Positions 58,237-62,449 of a stretch of DNA of 62,449 bases are shown here, in pieces (the first letter of the stretch is position 1; each line of letters opens with the position of its first letter). Below the pieces are notes generated by a model, which saw nothing but the letters and a program-made list of their open reading frames with translations, did not search any database and was not told where the DNA came from. Location of the stretch: IMG/VR virus record IMGVR_UViG_3300006923_000022, positions 1-62,449 of that record. The stretch is one strand, 5' to 3'. A program made the translations under genes and the position numbers. The stretch comes from a virus. Lineage: Duplodnaviria; Caudoviricetes.

Positions 58237-58686
58237 ATGGGAAATCGAAGAATGGGCTTAGGCCGAATGGAAAAACTGTTAGAAACAGTAGATAGAGATT
58301 TAGATCTCACAAACTCAACATTGACAGCGCCAAGCATCTCAGGTGCCGCAGCTTTGTCTTTAGGCACAGAAGCCATTACTGCTGCTGGAGCTGCTAGTAT
58401 AACTGTACCAGTATCTCTTGTTACGTCAGATGGTGACACAATGGCTGTTACATTGGCTAATGGTACAACTGTTGGGCAGCTTAAATACTTTGTAAGCTTA
58501 CATGCTACAAACGCGTTTCAAGTAACTCCAGCTACAACAGCTGGGAGTTATAATACTTTTACTCTGACCAACATTGGTGAAACAGTGACTTGTATTTGGA
58601 CTGCTTCTGGTTGGGCATTACTCAGCAGATCAAGCGGTGCCGCAGAAGCTGTTAATTCAATTGCTGCTGCTCCTCTCGTGCAATAG
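58237..58686 (+). CDS. Small beta-rich virion protein (possible capsid decoration/fibre)
   Basis: Directly after the MCP; VTLANGTTVGQLK...TLTNIGETVTCIW resembles the fibre-cluster C-terminal module; AAAGGAGA SD. Confidence 0.55.
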   Translation: MGNRRMGLGRMEKLLETVDRDLDLTNSTLTAPSISGAAALSLGTEAITAAGAASITVPVSLVTSDGDTMAVTLANGTTVGQLKYFVSLHATNAFQVTPATTAGSYNTFTLTNIGETVTCIWTASGWALLSRSSGAAEAVNSIAAAPLVQ

Positions 58687-58712
58687 TAAAGAGTTTCAAA
58701 AGAATACCACAC

Positions 58713-58750
58713 AAACCTCCTTCCTTTTGGTTGGGGGTTTTCTTTTTTTT
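58713..58750 (+). terminator. Intrinsic terminator with UU/UU internal loop
   Basis: AAACCTCC-TT-CC-TTTT-GG-TT-GGGGGTTT followed by a T run. Confidence 0.75.
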
Positions 58751-58780
58751 AAAAACTATTTAATAAACCAAGGAGACAAA

Positions 58781-58912
58781 ATGAAAGAACAAAGAATCCA
58801 AGTTTTAGAACAACAAGTCCGAGACCTTCAAGAACAACAAAAGAATCTTTTAGAATACATAAAAGAGTTAGCATTAACCATTACAGAAACCAGAGTGGAC
58901 AAAAGCGATTAA
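58781..58912 (+). CDS. 43-aa coiled-coil peptide
   Basis: ACTATTTA at 58755-58762 and AAGGAG SD precede ATG 58781 (MKEQRIQVLEQQVRDLQEQQ...). Confidence 0.6.
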   Translation: MKEQRIQVLEQQVRDLQEQQKNLLEYIKELALTITETRVDKSD

Positions 58913-58948
58913 TGATACTATTTAGTATAATATCACAAGGAGACAAAT

Positions 58949-59323
58949 ATGTCAAGCAAAGTTAAATTTATAAGCAGAGCCCGTAAGGCAAAGCTATTAC
59001 AACAACTTTCACAGGTTCAAGAAGGAACTCCCGAAGCAAAAGCAATAAGAGAACAACTTGGCGCCCATGCTCCTATTGATCCAATCGAAGAAGCCAAAAA
59101 GAAAGCTGCTGCCGAAGCCGTTATCAAAGCCGCTCAAGACGCAGCTCGAAAAGCTCAACAAGAAGCCGAAGCTAAACGAAAAGCACAGGCCGAAGCTAAG
59201 CGTAAAGCCGAAGAAGCCGCTCGCAAGAAAAAAGCAGAAGCTGCTGCTAAACGAAAAGCTGAAGCTGCTAAAAAGAAAGCCAAAGACACTAAGAAAAAAG
59301 TAGATTCTCCTAAAGAAAACTAA
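58949..59323 (+). CDS. Lys/Ala-rich histone H1-like/TolA-like small protein
   Basis: EAKRKAQAEAKRKAEEAARKKKAEAAAKRKAEAAKKKAK; own ACTATTTA (58917-58924) and AAGGAG SD. Confidence 0.65.
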   Translation: MSSKVKFISRARKAKLLQQLSQVQEGTPEAKAIREQLGAHAPIDPIEEAKKKAAAEAVIKAAQDAARKAQQEAEAKRKAQAEAKRKAEEAARKKKAEAAAKRKAEAAKKKAKDTKKKVDSPKEN

Positions 59324-59350
59324 TTACTAATATTATATTAGTCCTCCGTT

Positions 59351-59380
59351 GCCCCTTGCATATGCTTGGGGCTTTTTCTT
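59351..59380 (+). terminator. Intrinsic terminator with UU/UU internal loop
   Basis: GCCCC-TT-GC-ATAT-GC-TT-GGGGC-TTTTT. Confidence 0.8.
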
Positions 59381-59389
59381 TAAGGCAAA

Positions 59390-59397
59390 ACTACTTA
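59390..59397 (+). promoter_or_regulatory. Putative late promoter motif (ACTACTTA)
   Basis: Between the terminator and the neck gene SD (CGGAG). Confidence 0.6.
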
Positions 59398-59419
59398 CAA
59401 TAGAACGGAGATACAATGA

Positions 59420-60691
59420 ATGTCATTACCAACTTTAACACCAACATCAACAACAACAGCAATAGTTTTACCAAAAACAGCTAGCTTTAATGGGTCCACT
59501 GCTGCGCTTTCGGAAGTTACAGATGCATGCCCCATAGGCGCCTACTCTGGTTCTGTTGCTTTTGTCACAGGAGCAGTAGCTCAAGTTGCTTTTGTATATA
59601 AAAGACTTGGCGGAGATATATTAGATGTCGAGATAACAAGTGGAAGTGTGTTTGCTGCTTATGAAGAGTCATGTCTTGAATATTCTTATATCATAAATAT
59701 GCACCAAACCAAGAATGTAATCGGCTCTGCTCTTGGTTCAACGACTGGTTCGTTCAACCATCGAGGCGAAATAACAGACGGTCCTCAAGATTATGCATTA
59801 AAGTATCCTAAGTTCTCATTTGAGGCGGCTTTTCGCATTGGTGATACGTTTGCCACCGAGGCTGGAATAGGCGGCACACAGACCGTTTATAGTGCCTCCA
59901 TAGATATCGTAAGTGATAAACAAGATTATGACCTTCAAAGTGTTGTATCTTCATCGGCAAATGACAGTAGTTCACCTTTCTATAATAAAATGGTCGGGAA
60001 CCCAAGAGTTAAAATAAGACAGATGTATTATGTTTCCCCTCAACAAATGTGGAGATTCTATGGATACTACGGTGGCTTAAATGTTGTTGGCGATATGCAC
60101 ACCTACGGTCAATATGCTGATGATTCAACATTTCAGGTTATCCCAGCTTGGCAAAACAAGTTGCAAGCGATGTCTTATGAAGATCACCTCTATACAAGAA
60201 CCTCTCATTATTCATATGAGATAATCGATAATCAACTTAGGTTGTTTCCGATTCCAAGTTCAGTATCTCCGGAAAAATTCTGGTTTAAATTTACAATTGA
60301 AGATGGAGAAATTTGGACTGATGATAATAATATGGGATTAGATGGTGTAAACAACATGAATACAATCCCTTTTGAGAATCTTCCATACGAAAAAATTAAC
60401 TCCATCGGTAAACAGTGGATTAGAAGATATGCTTTGGCCTTATCTAAGGAAATTCTTGGTCAAGTTAGAGGAAAGTTCGGTGGTAATATTCCAATTCCCG
60501 GAGACAATATCAGTTTGAACGCTTCGGACTTGTTGGCTCAAGCAAAAGAAGAGAAACAAGGGCTAAAAGAAGAGCTCCAGAAACAATTGGATGAAATAAC
60601 CTATAGTAAGCTTATAGAAACCGATGCGGCTATGACCGAAAAGGCAAAAGACATCATCTCGGATGCACCTCTCAAGATATTCGTAGGATAA
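59420..60691 (+). CDS. Neck protein (T4 gp13-like)
   Basis: RLGG.ILDVEIT near the N-terminus; WIRRYALALSKEILGQVRGKF..IP.PG..I.LN..DL..A..E...L..EL and P..IFVG C-terminus. Confidence 0.8.
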   Translation: MSLPTLTPTSTTTAIVLPKTASFNGSTAALSEVTDACPIGAYSGSVAFVTGAVAQVAFVYKRLGGDILDVEITSGSVFAAYEESCLEYSYIINMHQTKNVIGSALGSTTGSFNHRGEITDGPQDYALKYPKFSFEAAFRIGDTFATEAGIGGTQTVYSASIDIVSDKQDYDLQSVVSSSANDSSSPFYNKMVGNPRVKIRQMYYVSPQQMWRFYGYYGGLNVVGDMHTYGQYADDSTFQVIPAWQNKLQAMSYEDHLYTRTSHYSYEIIDNQLRLFPIPSSVSPEKFWFKFTIEDGEIWTDDNNMGLDGVNNMNTIPFENLPYEKINSIGKQWIRRYALALSKEILGQVRGKFGGNIPIPGDNISLNASDLLAQAKEEKQGLKEELQKQLDEITYSKLIETDAAMTEKAKDIISDAPLKIFVG

Positions 60692-60695
60692 ATAA

Positions 60696-61187
60696 ATGGC
60701 CGATAATAAATGGAAAAAACCAGATGCACCACCACCTCCGATGTTCCTTGGAGAGAAGGAAAAGAATCTTGTAAAGCAAGTTAATGATGAGATTATCGAA
60801 CGGGTCGCTGGTCAACAGTTGCTCTATTTCCCAATTGACATCCAGCACACTAATTTTCACCCATTATATGGAGAAGCAATCGAGAAAACGTTCCTTCCAC
60901 CTATAAGAGTGTATGCTCGAGTGGAATATGGAGGAGTCGAGACCAATTTCCTCGAGAACATGGCTCTCGATAAGAAGACCGGCTTAAAGGTTATGTTTCA
61001 CAAGCGACGTTTAACCGAAGATCAAGACCTATTTATTAGAGAGGGAGACTTTGTAAAGTATGGAAAGATATTTTACGAGATAGTCAAAACAAATGAACCA
61101 AAACACTTGTTTGGACAAGCAGACGTTCAGTTTGAAGTCATAGCAGAGTGTATTAGAGCACGAGATGGAGTATTTAATGCCGAGTAA
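60696..61187 (+). CDS. Neck/head completion protein (T4 gp14-like)
   Basis: E.I....GQ.LLYFPI..HPLYGE..F..P; IREGDFV.Y...FYEI; follows gp13. Confidence 0.7.
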   Translation: MADNKWKKPDAPPPPMFLGEKEKNLVKQVNDEIIERVAGQQLLYFPIDIQHTNFHPLYGEAIEKTFLPPIRVYARVEYGGVETNFLENMALDKKTGLKVMFHKRRLTEDQDLFIREGDFVKYGKIFYEIVKTNEPKHLFGQADVQFEVIAECIRARDGVFNAE

Positions 61188-62019
61188 CGATGAATATATA
61201 CACTTTCAAGCCTCAACAATCGAGACAATAGACACTGGGTTGTTCGAATGGGTTGATGGTGATTTAGATGTACACACAAGGACCAATAGAGGAATTTACA
61301 AAGTTCCCGTATTGTGGCTTGGTACTGAAAGGGTTTGGCAAATTAAAAAAGACGCAAGAATCAGAGATAAAGTTGGAAAACTGATACTTCCTTTGATAAC
61401 AATAAACCGCTCATCGATGACAAAAGACCCGAACTTCAAAGGAGCTTATCAAGCGAACGTATTAGAAGTTGATGATTACAAAGGAGGATCTGTTCCTGTT
61501 GATTCTAGAATAAATCAAGATAAAACTCAAAACTTTCAATCCTCTATAGTTCAACAAGACAGTAAGAACAAACAACAAACAGGAAAGGTTGACGAAAATA
61601 ATCAAATTATTTACGAAACATATAACTCTCCAATACCTGTTTATGTTACTATGGTCTATTCGATCACTTTGAGGACAGAGTATCAGCAACAAATGAACGA
61701 TTTGATGCAACCGTTCATAACAAGAACTGGTCAAATAAATTCTTTTATATTTCAAAAAGATGGCCATAGATACGAAGCGTTCATCCAACAAGATTTTTCT
61801 ATGAACAATAATGCTGCAAACATCGGTGAAGACGAAAGAATGTTTGAGACAAAAATTGATATAAAAGTACTTGGTCACCTCAACGGAGAGGGATATTCTA
61901 GAAAGAAACCAGACCTTGCTAGGAGGGAAAACCAAGTAAAAGTTAGAATCACAGGAGAGCGTAGAATTATTGGAGACCAAATCCCTTGGAAAAAGAAAGA
62001 CAAGGATTACAGAGATTAG
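61177..62019 (+). CDS. Tail terminator/sheath stabilizer (T4 gp15-like)
   Basis: KVPV..G..ER, LILPLITI.R, P.PVYV...YSI.L.T...QMN.L; between neck and sheath. ATG 61177 follows GGAG. Confidence 0.7.
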   Translation: MPSNDEYIHFQASTIETIDTGLFEWVDGDLDVHTRTNRGIYKVPVLWLGTERVWQIKKDARIRDKVGKLILPLITINRSSMTKDPNFKGAYQANVLEVDDYKGGSVPVDSRINQDKTQNFQSSIVQQDSKNKQQTGKVDENNQIIYETYNSPIPVYVTMVYSITLRTEYQQQMNDLMQPFITRTGQINSFIFQKDGHRYEAFIQQDFSMNNNAANIGEDERMFETKIDIKVLGHLNGEGYSRKKPDLARRENQVKVRITGERRIIGDQIPWKKKDKDYRD

Positions 62020-62047
62020 AGCGTTTGCGCTTTTATCTTACTATTTA
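62018..62047 (+). promoter_or_regulatory. Short hairpin followed by late motif
   Basis: AGAGCG-TTTG-CGCTTT then ACTATTTA at 62040-62047 upstream of the sheath gene. Confidence 0.55.
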
Positions 62048-62081
62048 TAAGAGATAAATGTATTAATAAGGAGATATTTTA

Positions 62082-62449
62082 ATGCCTAGAAAATTTGATT
62101 TTGTTTCACCCGGTGTATTGATAAGTGAAATTGACGAGAGTCGCATACCAGATGTTGTATCTGATGATGTCGGACCTTTGATAATTGGAAGAGCTCTATC
62201 AGGCCCCGCAATGAAACCAATTAAGGTTAAAACACTTGATGACTTTAATACCATCTTCGGAAAAGGAATTTCCGGTAAAGGTGGACAAGACAATGACGTA
62301 TGGAGAGATGGAAATAGTTTGGGACCAACTTATGGTGTCTATGCTGCTCAGGCTCACCTTGCTTCACAAACAACACCTGTTACTTTTGTAAGACTTCTTG
62401 GAGAAGCTGATGCTTCTGCTGATTCTAACGCTGAATCTGCTGGATGGTC
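62082..62449 (+). CDS. Tail sheath protein (T4 gp18-like), 5' part, truncated by window end
   Basis: Translated by hand (absent from the ORF track): MPRKFDFVSPGVLISEIDES...GPLIIGRALSGPAMKPIKV...F..IFG, the classic sheath N-terminus; TAAGGAG SD. Confidence 0.9.
   Translation, partial: MPRKFDFVSPGVLISEIDESRIPDVVSDDVGPLIIGRALSGPAMKPIKVKTLDDFNTIFGKGISGKGGQDNDVWRDGNSLGPTYGVYAAQAHLASQTTPVTFVRLLGEADASADSNAESAGW

Noticed and set aside
724-62293. Minus-strand ORFs and short alternative-frame ORFs in the ORF track
   Set aside because: They lie within or opposite well-supported + strand genes, and I saw no family motifs or expression signals for them; treated as shadow ORFs.
1-62449. Alternative genetic code (TAG or TGA recoding), as in some large phages
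   Set aside because: Conserved genes are full length in the standard code, and TAG/TGA fall at natural gene ends followed by SD-led starts.
1-62449. tRNA or rRNA genes
   Set aside because: Intergenic gaps are short and none showed a cloverleaf with a T-loop GTTCRA by eye; tRNAscan-SE would be needed to exclude them formally.

Overview
A 62.4-kb, AT-rich segment of a large T4-like (contractile-tailed) bacteriophage, with all credible genes on the + strand in the standard genetic code. The order is: baseplate module (gp25, gp6, a DNRLRE-like protein, two giant LamG-array proteins and further tail-base proteins); a short replication/recombination island (RuvC-like nuclease, primase, fused Mre11-Rad50/SbcDC) with consensus sigma70 promoters; a putative lysis cluster; terminase and portal; prohead genes including the gp21 protease and a phage ribosomal protein bS21; four fibre-like genes; scaffold and major capsid protein; neck gp13/gp14, tail terminator gp15 and the start of the tail sheath gp18. 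Four observations stand out. (1) Small, otherwise unrelated proteins, including a GNAT acetyltransferase, carry shared N-terminal leaders (MKI/LT..QLKQIIKEE; ..W.xFL.E) that look like capsid-targeting, protease-cleaved sequences. (2) An 8-nt motif ACTA(T/C/A)TTA precedes many virion genes and probably marks late promoters. (3) An ~90-nt three-way-junction RNA with complementary loops and an anti-Shine-Dalgarno strand lies just downstream of the capsid gene. (4) Three consecutive terminators all carry a tandem U.U internal loop. All calls were made by eye from motifs and gene order; no database searches or folding programs were run.
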